Source of the DNA: Octopus vulgaris | Taxonomy: Eukaryota | Direction: 5' to 3' | NCBI GenBank assembly: GCA_951406725.2 | Contig: OX597817.1 | Span: 34,286,001-34,350,000 of the forward strand | Length of the DNA stretch: 64,000 nucleotides | Shown here: in pieces, positions 51,132 through 63,547 of the stretch | Position numbering within the stretch: the first letter of the stretch is position 1 | Layout: each line of letters opens with the position of its first letter | The notes under the pieces: generated by a model | What the model saw: only the letters and a program-made list of their open reading frames with translations | Database searches by the model: none | Told to the model about the DNA's origin: nothing | Position numbers and translations under genes: made by a program

Positions 51132-51362
51132 ATTTCTTTACTACCCACAAGGGGCTAAACACAGAGGGGACAAACAAGTCAGACAAATGGATTAAGTCGA
51201 TTACATTGACCCCAGTGCATAACTGGTACTTATTTAATCGACCCCGAAAGGATGAAAGGCCAAGTTGACCGCAGCGGAATTTGAACTCAGAATGTAGCGG
51301 CAGATGAAATACCGCTAAGCATTTTGCCTGGCATGCTTACGATTCTGCCAGCTCGCTGCCTT
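51132..51362 (-). mobile_element. SINE family D, 18-bp TSD
   Basis: TSD tcaatgacataaatacct at 51114-51131 and 51363-51380. Confidence 0.88.
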
Positions 51363-52395
51363 TCAATGACATAAATACCTTTAGGTACTTGCAATGTTTT
51401 ATACCAATGCCTCTTAAGCCTTTATTTCTCTCATTGCTCAAGCTGTATCTATCTATTGCTCCCTTCTACTCTTCTCTTTCTCATCATCTTCTTTCCTCAG
51501 CTTCCCCATCTAGGATGCTTTCTTTGCATTTACACACTGCTCTTCTTTCCCCCCTACTTTGATGGCCCCATCCAGCATCACTTTCTTGCATTCCTTCCAC
51601 TGCACTCACCTATGGATCCCTACCTCCTGCCTCATTTTCCTTCACTGCCTCTCATCAAAGCTTCTCCGTCTCTTCACCTTCTCTCCCTTTTCCTTTCTCT
51701 CTGGCCTACTCCTGCAACTCCCACACCTCTCTTTCCTTCAGTTACTCTCTAGGGATTTTTCACCATTCTAGTCTAGTTTTCTCTCCCTGTGCTCTTTCCC
51801 TCACACCTTCTATTCATACTCACCTTTATAATATTTGATAACCCTAAACCTCCCCACACAATCCCTTACAGAGTGAAAGTTACTTTTCCATTCTGCCCAC
51901 TTCTTTTCTCTAACACTAATCCCTTCCCTTTCCCCTGTTCCCTCCTCCAGTCAGTGTCTATTCTGCTGTTCTGTTACTTTCTCCTGTACCATCTTATCAT
52001 ATCCATGATTTTATTCTTCTTACCTGGCTTTACTTTCCCTCATTTTCATGCTTAGAATCATTGCCTCTTCTCTCTTCTGTTCTCCCTCAGTTGAAGGAGC
52101 CCCTTTATATTCGCTGTCTTGCAAGTTGTAAACAATTCTTCACTAGTACTGGTGTCACAAAAAATGCATCCAATACACGCTGTAAAGTGGTTGGTGTTAG
52201 GAAGAGCATCCAGCCATAGAAACCATGCAAAGCAGACATTAAGAGCAAGATGCAATTCCCAGCCTGTCAGATGCTGTCAAACTATCCAGTCCATACCAGC
52301 TTGAAAGATAATTCTTAGCTGGTGATGATAACAACACACAAACACATATACATGTGTGAAATACACATACATATATGCATATATATGTATGTGTA

Positions 52396-52719
52396 TTTCA
52401 TGAGTCAGATGTTTCATAGAGACTCGTTTAGCAACTCATATCAGTGAGGGGGGGGGGCTGGTGCGCATTGATGCCGTCAAGAGGTAGGCCCTGAAATGGC
52501 GCACATTTTCTCCTGATGACCCATACACTTGCTAGCTTCTGATATGCGGAATTTTTGACTGGTAGCACTTGCATGTGCAAGTTGTTTGCAAGACATGCAT
52601 GTGGGTGTCTATGGACAAACAAACGGAAGTGGCACTCAACACATAATGTTGGAGTTGTATTTATTGAGTAACAAGTTGACTTATCTCCTCATGTTACTTA
52701 AAGTTTCATGGACATGAAA
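52396..52719 (+). mobile_element. Unclassified ~325-bp element with TTTCATG..CATGAAA ends
   Basis: Shares the 41-bp terminus with 50326-50656; ends in the palindrome tttcatg ga catgaaa. Confidence 0.5.
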
Positions 52720-53319
52720 TTACAACTATCTCCTCAGATATTCAGAAGCAAAATGAAGAAAAAACAAAATAGCTTCTTTATCAGTTCAGGTCATGTTGTA
52801 GTGATAACTCAGCTACAACAGACCTAACACTCAACATCTATATTTATGTCAGTGGCATCGCTACTTCAGATTGGGGGTGGTAAGATATGGCTTCTGTATT
52901 ACATGCAGTTTATTGTCTGATGGTCAGTTATGGCCATCACATGGATTTAGTGATGACTTTACAACAACAGATGACTGCCATTTAATTATCAGAGTAGGGT
53001 GTTTAGTGGAGATGGTAATCTCTGTACAGACAACGAGCATGGTATGTCAGGATTGTCAGTGGTTTGAAATACATTAAAAGGACATATCTTTTATGAGAGC
53101 AATGCAAAATATCAGTCTTTCTATTAATCAATACTGCAGGCTGAGAATGTGCTGCTTTTCTCAAAGCAAAGTTTTCAGTTATAAGTTCTGGACAAATAAG
53201 GTGGATCTCTGTAGAGTTTATTCCATTTGATGTGTAAGGTGTTGTTGTGGCCAAGAGTGTTCTGATGAGCTGAGAGGTGAAGTTGTGGCTGCCATACTTG
53301 TATAGCATTTCATAATACC

Positions 53320-53705
53320 TATTTCTTTACTACCCACAAGGGGCTAAACACAGAGAGGACAAACAAGGACAGACAAACGGATTAAGTCGATTATATCGAC
53401 CTCAGTGCGTAACTGGTACTTATTTAATTGACCCCGAAAGGATGAAAGGCAAAGTCAACCTTGGTGGAATTTGAACTCAGAATGTAACAGCAGACGAAAT
53501 ACCTATTTCTTTACTACCCACAAGGGGCTAAACACAGAGAGGACAAACGGATTAAGTCGATTATATCGACCCCAGTGTGTAACTGGTACTTATTTAATTG
53601 ACCCCGAAAGGATGAAAGGCAAAGTCAACCTTGGTGGAATTTGAACTCAGAACATAACAGCAGACGAAATACGGCTACGCATTTTCCCCGGCGTGCCAAC
53701 GTTTC
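53320..53705 (-). mobile_element. SINE family D tandem dimer, 10-bp TSD
   Basis: Two units joined near 53500; TSD tcataatacc at 53310-53319 and 53706-53715. Confidence 0.88.
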
Positions 53706-54100
53706 TCATAATACCATCTGATGGTGGGAGGGTGGCTCTAAAGACCGTGGCCATCAAGAGGCAAGACCTGCCAGTGGACTATGGTAGGTTTTGGACAGTG
53801 TTGGATGGAGATTGTGTAGATGAGTGTTAGCTTCATTTGTAGTGTGCAAAGTTAGAAGCAGTGTTGTCTAAACAGGAATAGCTGACCTTAACATTAGTCG
53901 ACTTGTTCATACATACATCCTGTTAGTATATCTATCTGTGTATAAACCCTGTCAATGTGTGTGTGAGTTAATTTAGCATTATAACTTTGAAGTAAATTTA
54001 AGAACAACAGCAGAACTGATGGAGAAACACAGTATTAGTCAAATATATATATAATTCATTTTGATATCTTATTCAGCCTCTCTCTCTCTATATATATATA

Positions 54101-54286
54101 TCATCATCATCATCATCATACGTCCATTCTCCATGCTAGCATGGGTTGGATGGTTCGACCGGGGATCTGGGAAGCCAGAAGGCTGCACCAGGCTCCACTC
54201 TTATCTGGCAATGTTTCTACAGCTGGATGCCCTTCCTAATGCCAACCACTCCATGAGTGTAGTGGGTGCTTTTTACGTGCCACCCG

Positions 54287-54290
<4 letters not shown>
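54101..54290 (-). mobile_element. RTE 3' tail between (TA)n tracts
   Basis: RTE tail consensus. Confidence 0.88.
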
Positions 54291-54332
<42 letters not shown>

Positions 54333-55253
54333 ATGTATATATATGTGTGTGTGTATACATACGCATGAAATGAGCTTCCTTACAGTTTCCTTCTCTTGAA
54401 TGTTCATTTGTTTATAAACAAGGCTTTAATAAAAATTGAGGCTGTGGTAGAAGACTTGATCAAAATACTGTTGATTGGGATCAGACCTTGAGCCAGATGG
54501 TTGTAAAACAAACTTACCTGCAGAGCTACACCTACAGCAACACCTGCATTATTGTTTAATTTCGTTTTTATAAACAGTCTTATCTGTTAATTATAGCTCA
54601 GATGAGATAATACATGATTTAGAGGAATGGAGATATTCTATATTGCAGATACGCCCAACAGTTTTCTGCCTTTTAAAAATGGTTACTAAAACATTGATGC
54701 ACACACACACACACACACTCACACAACTTACAAGTACACATTGTTACTTTTTCACATGCATTTTTCCCTAAGTTTGCCAAGTTGCAATGGTTTTTATGCA
54801 GGAGAAAAAAATTTCAACAGTTGGATGCCCTTCCTGCTTCCTACTACTGTTCACTTATCTGTGGTACAGAATTGGGAGTTATTATTAATTAACTTAAAAG
54901 CCACACTCTGTGAGGACTTTTAAGCCATCACCTGCTGAGGGCTAATTGGGCCTGCAGCCCCAAACTAAAGAGAGCTAAATAGCATGACTATAATGAGTAT
55001 ATGCCCCAGTAGTGTTTGATCAGAGGTTAAGGATGGATGAGAACTAATTCTGTAATGCAATCATTCTATTGTTCCAGTCCCCAAGAATTCTAACTGTTGG
55101 CCAATTTGTCACAAAGTCCCTATCCCTGACATAAAATTAACAACATGAATGTCATTTATCTCCCCCTTGATCTCTGACATCATCTGATAAATGCCAACCA
55201 AGATGGTGTGAATCAGCCAAGCTTTGGCTGCTAGAAATAGCAACCCAAAGTAA

Positions 55254-55484
55254 GGCGGCAAGCTGGTAGAAACATTAGCGTGCCCTGCAAAATGCTGAGT
55301 AGTATTTCGTCTGCTGTTACGTTCTGAGTTCAAATTCTGCTGAGGTCGACTTTGCCTTTCATCCTTTCGGAGTCAATCAATTAAGTACCAGTTACACACT
55401 GGGGTCAATGTAATCGACTTAATCCCTTTGTCTGTCCTTGTTTGTCCCCTCTATGTTTAGCCCCTTGTGGGCAGTAAAGAAATA
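55254..55484 (+). mobile_element. SINE family D, 17-bp TSD
   Basis: TSD agaaatagcaac(c/t)caaa at 55233-55249 and 55485-55501. Confidence 0.88.
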
Positions 55485-56065
55485 AGAAATAGCAACTCAA
55501 ATGCTTTTAAATCTGATCTCAATGCTGGATGTTCAAGAACTAAATGAAGGGCAGATTTTCAGTCCCGGGTTCATCCCTATTCCAAAAAGTATAATATACC
55601 TATGTAGAGAAAATGTAGACTGAGGTCTCAGGGGTCCCAGACAGACAGAATTTCACTTTTATTAATATAGAAGTGGCGAACTGGCAGAATCATTGATATG
55701 CTGGTCAAAATGCTTGGTGGGATCTTTTGTGGTTGTTTGACATTCTGAATTCAAATCCATCCAGAGTCAGCTTAACTTTAATCTCTCTGAGGTTGATAAA
55801 GTACCTGTCAAGTAGAGGGGGTTGATGTAATCAACTTGTCCCCTTCCTTCAAAATTTCTGACCTTGTGCTAAAATTAGTAAGATTTATCTTTATTATTGA
55901 TATTGTTGCTATTGTACCAAAGTCGACTTTGCTTTTCGTCTTTTTGGGGGTCAATAATATAAGTACCAGTTATGCACTGGGGTTAATGTAATTGACTTAT
56001 CCACTTCCCCAAAATTGCTGGCTTTGTGTAAAAATTTGAAACCATTACTATTATTATTATTATTA

Positions 56066-56275
56066 TCTGTGCGGGTGGCACGTAAACTGTGCGGGTGGCA
56101 CATAAAAAGCACCCACTACACTCACGGAGTGGTTGGCATTAGGAAGGGCATTAGCCGTAGAAGCACTGCCAGATCTGACTGGGCCTGATGAAGCCTTCCG
56201 GCTTCACAGACCCCAGTTGAACCGTCCAACCCATGCTAGCATGGAGAACGGACGCTAAATGATGATGATGATGAT
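56066..56275 (+). mobile_element. RTE 3' tail with a short 5' duplication
   Basis: ctgtgcgggtggcac repeated at the 5' junction. Confidence 0.85.
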
Positions 56276-56697
56276 CATGATCATATGTTTGGCTTTTGCT
56301 TTGTATTTGTACAAGTTGACTCTAAGCCTCACCCAGAGACCTCAAGAGACAAGTCAAAAGTTCAAGTTGGTATTGTGACTAGGGTGGCATATTTTTGATT
56401 TTGCACAGAGTATTGTTCTAAAGAATGTCTGTTAAAACATAAGAAGATTAAAAGATTGTTTTAAAAGTAATCACAATGGTAAGATGACAGAAGAAGGTGT
56501 TTGCTAACATTACATTTAAAAGTACTTTTGATAATGTTTATAGATTAAGATGTTTTTAGAATCACTTAGACAATATTTTTCATAGGATATAAGCAGTTCC
56601 CATGAACACTATTTTTTAAATTTCTTCTATTTTGGGGTTTCCTGGTAATATTATTATTAATAAAAGAATTTATTATTATTATTATTATTATTATTAT

Positions 56698-57193
56698 GTG
56701 AGAGAGCAAAGCATGCCATCAAAATGACACTGGGGTAAAATATACGAAGCCCAGTATACCCATCATGACTACCCGTCTGATAAGGGTATACTAGGCACAT
56801 GACCTTGCAGGTGGGGCCCAATTAGAATTTTCTTCTGGTCGAGTAACCCATCCCACTCAAAAGGTCCCTGAATAAGGGTTGTTTAAGGATGTTGAACGAA
56901 ACACCCATGTTTCCAGTGGTGAATTATTCAATCCCCAAAGAATCCCTCTCAACATATGGCTATGATGCTCCCCTACTACTTCTGCTCATGGTCAAAGATG
57001 CACATATCGTCAGCCACTATGGGACATGGTCAACTGGTTACGGTCAAACAACTGACAAGCAAATCTGTGGTATTGAGCAGAATATTTGCTGTAGCCCATC
57101 TTTTATACCAAGGCAAAACAATGTACATGATAACACTTCCAATCAGTTAAGATCAGAAGTCATGAGAGCCACTGCCTGGTACTGCATCAGGGC

Positions 57194-57197
<4 letters not shown>
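56698..57197. mobile_element. ~500-bp element embedded in (ATT)n, copy 1
   Basis: Colinear with 58785-59330; (ATT)n on both sides. Confidence 0.8.
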
Positions 57198-57233
<36 letters not shown>

Positions 57234-57772
57234 TTAAAAAAAAATTCAGCTTTATTTTGCTGTGTATATAATGGAAAGTGTCATTTGTCCACAGCAAGCA
57301 AAGGTGAAACTTGTTTACTGATAATACTTCAAGAACCCTGGAGAGAACATTTGCAATTCCAAGCAATGATGGTTTTTGTAGGTGTTCTTTCTTTACATGA
57401 GTTCCATTCTTTTTAAGGTGTGTTGGTAGTTATGTACTGATACTTCCAACTGCACCACTCACTATTGGTATCACGTCCACTTTCTTCATTTCCCATGTAT
57501 TTCCCACTTCAATTCATCATGGTTATTCACTTAGTCTTCTTCTTTCTCTTCAATCCTGTTGTCACCTGGACATGCTCTGTCAATTATCAGGATTGTTTGT
57601 TTTTTTCTTTTCACTACAGCAATTTTTTTTTAAATGTTGTTAGTCTTATTCACATGCAAAACCCTCACAACACACACTCACACACATACACACACAGATA
57701 CTTTGTTTTGTCCCATGCTGTCCATAATGATTTTCTCAATGTAAACCCTTGTGGTTAATAAAGAAATCATTA

Positions 57773-58132
57773 TTACTTCCACTTTAGCGAAGGCGGCAGT
57801 ATTGTTTTCAGTTGTGTTTGTTTGTTTTCTATGGACAAGATATCTCGAGAACTGCTAGATGGATTCAAATGAAACTTTCAAGGATGTTTGGCCTTGTGAC
57901 TGGCACAAACTGATTAGACTCTGGGATCGATCCAGTACCGGACAAGGATTCTGGATTATTTTTCCTGTTTTTTTTGCTTAATTTTTGAGAGCAGTCGGGT
58001 TCAGTTTTATTATTCTGTGAGAGTAGTTGAGTTTATTTTAGATATTCTCATTTTAAAAATTATCTCTGGCTAATCGTTGAGAGGATGTTGGTGTTGCCTT
58101 GGTGGAGGTTTGCGCTCTCTCAGTGCTCTTGT
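57773..58132 (+). mobile_element. Helentron-associated non-autonomous element (HINE/DINE-like), copy 1
   Basis: Subterminal motifs tacttccac / ccttggtggaggt and a 3' hairpin gcgctctctcagtgc in a TT-rich site. Confidence 0.65.
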
Positions 58133-58388
58133 GCTCTTGTTGTTGTTAGTATTATTATTATTGTTATTATTAAGATAGAAAGCTGGCAGGATTTCTAGCA
58201 TACTGGACAAAATACTTAGTGGTATTTTGTTTGTCTTTATGTTTTCAGTTCAGAATGCGCTAAAGTTGACTTTACTTTTCATCCTTTCAGTGGCAATGAA
58301 ATAAGTACCAGCTGGACACTGGGGGTCATTGTAATCAAGGAGCCCCTTCCCTCAAATTTCACACCTTGTGCCTATAATGGAAAAAATT

Positions 58389-58750
58389 ATTACCTCTGCC
58401 TTAGCAAAGGCGGAGGTATTGTTTTTAGTTGTATTTGTTTGTTTTCCGTGGACAAGATATCTCAAGACCCACTGGATGGATTCAGACGAAACTTTCAGGG
58501 ATGTTTGACCTCATGACTGGCGGGAACTGATTTGATTTTGGGATCGATCTGGTGCCGGACAACTATTCTGGATTATTTTTCTGTTTTTTTTTACTTAATT
58601 TTTGAGAACAGTTGGGTTCATTTTTAGTATTCTCATTTTTGAGAGCAGTTGAGTTTATTTCAGATATTTTCATTTTAAAAATCATCTCCAGCTAACCATT
58701 GAGAAGACTTTGATGTTGCCTTGGTAGAGGTTTGCATTCTCAGAGCGCTC

Positions 58751-58754
<4 letters not shown>
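58389..58754 (+). mobile_element. HINE-like element, copy 2
   Basis: Colinear with copy 1; 5' hairpin tacctctgcctt..aaggcggaggta. Confidence 0.65.
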
Positions 58755-58782
<28 letters not shown>

Positions 58783-58784
58783 GG

Positions 58785-59330
58785 GTGAGAGAGCAGTGCA
58801 TGCCATCAAAGTCACACTGAAGTGAAATATATGAAACCCAGTATACCCATCATGACTACCTATCTGGTAAGGGTACACTAGGCACGTGCATCACCACCAT
58901 ATATGCGTGACATGGTGATCTCATATCAAGATAAATAGCACATGACCTTGCAGGTGGGGCCCAGTTAGAATTTTCTTTAGGTCGAGTGGCCCATCCTGCT
59001 CAAAAGGTCCCTGATTAAGGGTTGTTTAAGGATGTTGAATAAAACACCCCTGTCTCCAGAGGTGAATTATTCAAATCCCAAACTCTCAACACATGGCTTT
59101 GATGCCCCCCTACTACTTTTGCTCGTGATCAGAGATGCACATATCATCAGCCACTAAGGGACATGCTGAACTGATTAAGGTCAAACAACTGACAAGCAAA
59201 TCTGTGGTACTGAGCAGAATATTTGCTGTAGCCTATGTTTTATACCAAGACAAAACTATGTACATGATAACACTTCCAATCAGTTAAGATCAGAAGCCAT
59301 GAGAGTCACTGCCTGGTACTGCATCAGGGA
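58785..59330. mobile_element. (ATT)n-embedded element, copy 2 (longer)
   Basis: Colinear with 56698-57197 plus an extra internal segment. Confidence 0.8.
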
Positions 59331-59599
59331 ATAAATTATTATTATAATTTTTTTTTCCCTTCTTTCTTCAAGTTTTCTTCTGTTTCTTGCCATGTGTTTT
59401 CCGTACACCTAGGGCAGAGAAGCTCATTGTATGCATTCCCAGATTACATACACAAATTCACAGGTAAAATATGTATTTAAAAAATTAATAAATAAATAAA
59501 TTCATGAATGGATGTTCGTTTTCACAGCGATAATGCTCTCCTCAGTACATGAGCCGTTCCAGTAGAGAGCAAAATCTGCAATTACGGGAGAAATTAATA

Positions 59600-59623
59600 C
59601 TATTATTATTATTATCATTATTA

Positions 59624-59654
<31 letters not shown>

Positions 59655-59763
59655 CATTATTATTATATTTATCTTTATTATTATTATTATCATCATCTTT
59701 ATTATTATTATTATCATCATCTTTATTATTATCATCATCATCATCATCATCATCATCATTATT
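59600..59763. repeat. (ATT)n/(ATC)n microsatellite
   Basis: Direct reading. Confidence 0.95.
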
Positions 59764-60754
59764 AAAGGGTAATGGATTGGTAAAATTGTTAGTGTTGAAT
59801 AAAATTATTTGTTTCTACGTCTACTATTCCATGCTAGCATGGGTTAGACAAACATTTATGACTTTATGGCAATATTAGAGATCATTCATTATAAAGATAC
59901 TATGGGTTATTACAGAAAGCAGCTTTTGGCTCTCGGTACATTTTTGCAGCTAGATGAACTAAGCTAGCATGAATGAAATGCTTAAGGTATATAGATAGTA
60001 ACCATTGTACTGGGGACAGGGATATGAACAGCAAAAACATCTCTCAACAACCAACACCCTATCCATCCTCAGTTAAGATCAAGGTTTACACATGATTATT
60101 TATTAATTGATATAACTAACAGACTCTATGTCAGTCTATTAGCTGTAAGTTGCTGTGACTGTTTCTAATTTGCTGTTATATTGTTACATGGTTCTTTATT
60201 TCGGTTCTTAATTAGGCTGTAAACCTGCTTGATTTTATCACTTTTGTTATTTTATTTCATCGTCATTGTTTGCTTTCGTTACCATGATAAATCAGTAAAA
60301 TCTAGTAAAACTAATTACATTGTAAACAGGACAGTACAACTTGGCCTCGTTTATCATTTGTTGTTATCTAATTATTCGCTGGTCTTCTTCTTTTTTCCTT
60401 TCATCTATCTATCCTTTTTTTTTTGTACTGTATAACTCGGACCGGATTGATTTCACTATCACAATGGCCGATGTATATGTAGCAAATTAGAGGAACAGAA
60501 TTAAATGATGATGACAATGATGACGACAATGACGACGACCACCACCGCCACCATCATCTGCCTCTGTAGATTCATGTATTTACAGAGCACTATTCAGAAA
60601 GGGATTTGTTTCAGTATTACTTGATGGAAGCAATTTTTTTTTCTTCTTTTTTTTGTGCTGGTGGTGGGTGGATGGAACATGGGGGCGAAGGGTGCTTTTT
60701 ATTGACCTTTGAAACAGTTAAACATTCACCTGGGGTAGAAAAGAATGTTTGAGG

Positions 60755-61181
60755 CTGGCACCATTCAAGCATGATCGTTACCAGCGTCACCTTTCTGACA
60801 CTTGTGCCCCATGCTAGTGGGGTGCTAAGAGCACCATTCGAGCGTGATCGTTGCCAGAGCGGCTAACTGGCTTCTGTGCCGGTGGCATGTATAAGGCACC
60901 ATTCGAGCGTGATAGTTACTAGTGTCGCCTTACTGGCACTTGTGCCGGTGACATGTGAAAAAAAACATTCGAGCGAGGTCGTTGCCAGTACCGCCTGACT
61001 GGCCTCTGTGCCGGTGGCACATAAAAGCAGCCACTACACTCTCGGAGTGGCTGGTATTAGGAAGGGCATCCAGCTGTAGAAACTCTGCCAGATCAAGATT
61101 GGAGCCTGGTGCAGCCATCTGGTTTGCCAGTCCTCAGTCAAATTGTCCAACCCATGGAAAGCAGGCATTAAACAATGATGA
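60755..61181 (+). mobile_element. RTE 3' tail with gcaccattcgagcgtgatcgtt tandem units
   Basis: Three to four ~65-70-bp units upstream of the constant tail. Confidence 0.85.
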
Positions 61182-61600
61182 TATATATTTCTACAAACAT
61201 TTTGCAATGTTGATTCTTGGTTCAATATGTAGCCATCTCAGTAGTTGAGCAAGGAAGTTCTAACCTTGTTGATGGTAGTAGCAGATACTAGCAGATACCT
61301 GTCCCTCCTTTAAAGAAAAAAATTATAAACATAGTTTGGGTTTGAACTGCTAATAAGACAAATCTGTCTATTTCAGTTCAGCACCCCATATTGTTGACCT
61401 CTGTTAAGTACACTAACCTATGGTCCCTATTTACTACCAGATGGAGTGATCCATGGAAAGATAAATGATTTAGCTATGTAACAATTATGAGATATTAACT
61501 GTGAACCCTTAGGGTTAATAGAATGATACTCTTTCTGTTTTTTATCATTTGTATTTCTTTTTTATATAAAAAAAAGTATTTACAGATTAACAGATATATG

Positions 61601-61990
61601 CTTTTACTTGTTTCAGTCATTTGACTGTGGTCATGCTGGAGCACCACCTTTAGTCAAGCAAATCGACCCCAGGACTTATTCTTTGTAAGCCTAGTACTTA
61701 TTCTATTGGTCTCTTTTGCCAAACCGCTAAGTTACAGGGACGTAAACCCACCAGCATCGGTTGTCAAGCGTTGTTGGGGGGACAAACACAGATACACAAC
61801 ATATACACACACACATATATATACATATATACAATGGGCTTCTTTCAGTTTCCGTCTACCAAATCCACTCATAAGGCTTTGGTTGGCCTGAGGCTATAGT
61901 AGAAGACACTTGCACAAGGTGCCATGCAGTGGGACTGAACCCGGAACCATGTGGTTGGTAAGCAAGCTACTTACCACACAACCATTCCTA
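61601..61990 (-). mobile_element. tRNA SINE family A
   Basis: Family A consensus. Confidence 0.9.
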
Positions 61991-62519
61991 CATCAATATG
62001 AAAATTATTAGCAAATATTAAGCTGAATAAAGCATTAAATCTGATAACCAGTTCATATTTCTGTCTGTCAATGCCAATGCCAGCACCATCAAATTTTCTA
62101 TAATTATCTTATTATTAAGTGTACTTTCTTAACTTAGTCCATTGGGTAGCTTCGTCTCCATATATGTTTTGTTTGTGTATTTATCTATCTGGCTAAATAT
62201 CAATCTACCCGCTTAATTACAACTTTACTTAGACCCCCACCATTCACCCCATTCTCTCTTTCTGTCTTTCTCAGTTAGTGGTTCTTTTCTCTTATTAATT
62301 ACCGGTGTCATTAAATATTCTGATCTTTACAGTTTATGTCCTAAAGCAGTCATTTACCAATCTCTATCTGGCAGATCTTGGAGGTCAACACACATTTAGT
62401 ACAGTGACCCAATACTGCTATTTTAAACCTTTCGCTACAAATCCATTGAATAGACAGACAAAAGATTTTGTTCTGTCTGATCAAGAAACCATTGAAATTA
62501 CACCAAGTAGGAACCTAAT

Positions 62520-63045
62520 TAAAATAAACTTATTTCCAACCACCAACTAATCCTCAGTAGGAAGCTATATTTAACAAAAGAACATGTAATTGGCCAGCAA
62601 CTAAAATATAGCTTCCATTTCCTTGTAAGAATTTGGTTGATTGTGATATGCTTAGCAGACATTTGAATTAGTCTAGCATTTATGTTATAATTCTTATAGA
62701 ATTCATCTACAATATAACTGAATGATGTTAACCTATTATCATCATAACTACCAGACAACCACCAAGAAAGCAAAGCATACTTTTAAGAATAATGTTATTT
62801 GAAAGTCTTTCAAATGATGTTTTAACTTTCTGGTCCCTTGCTAAGAGGGTCTCTTATAACTTCGCAAAATCCTCCTACATACAACTCTACAGTCAAGATG
62901 ACATTTTTATTAAAACCTCCATATTTTCTGACTAGATTTCTTTCCATTTCACACTGCAAATACTCAAAAAAATTTTTTCTGTTCTCCATTGGTCTCACCA
63001 CCACAAATGCCTGGTTGCAAAGACTGGAAACTGGGATCATTTCAG
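62520..63045 (-). pseudogene. Possible decayed coding remnant of unknown origin
   Basis: Two consecutive normal-complexity minus ORFs (72 and 84 aa); no family recognised. Confidence 0.25.
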
Positions 63046-63102
63046 TTTAGTAAGGCAACCAGTCCTGATGATGTTTCTTCCATTATTTTCACTGAATAAA
63101 AT

Positions 63103-63301
63103 CTCTGGAGAAGGACATCATGCTCAGAATGGTCAGTGGCAAGAGAGGAAGAGGCCGACCAAGAACCCGCTGGCTTGACACCATCAAGAGTGATACCAGA
63201 ATGGACATAGTCAATCTGAAAGAAGTGGCCCAGGATAGAACTGACTGGAGGACATCAAGTAACCGAGAGTCAACTTCGACTGAGCGGATAGATAGATAGA
63301 T
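63103..63301 (+). mobile_element. 3' end of a BovB-like RTE LINE with (GATA)n tail
   Basis: LEKDIML..GKRGRGRPRTRWLD..AQDRTDWR. Confidence 0.85.
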
Positions 63302-63362
63302 TTTCACTGTACTTCAGAATTAGCTTAACCTTATATTTAGTCTTCCTTTTTCTACAGATATA

Positions 63363-63547
63363 CGAGGGAGCGCTGATGAGGATCAGTTAATTGTGATTTT
63401 ATTCAACATATACCCCTCTCAGATTCACACACTTATTGCAGTGGTCCTTCAGTTTTTCTAAGCACTATAAAAGAACTTGGAAGGTTGGACCCCCAACCAG
63501 GCCTTTCGGGACACCCTTAAGGCCAAGAACTTTTCAGCACCCCTTCA
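63363..63547. mobile_element. mariner-like MITE
   Basis: TA|cgagggagcgctga ... tcagcaccccttca|TA imperfect TIRs. Confidence 0.6.
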
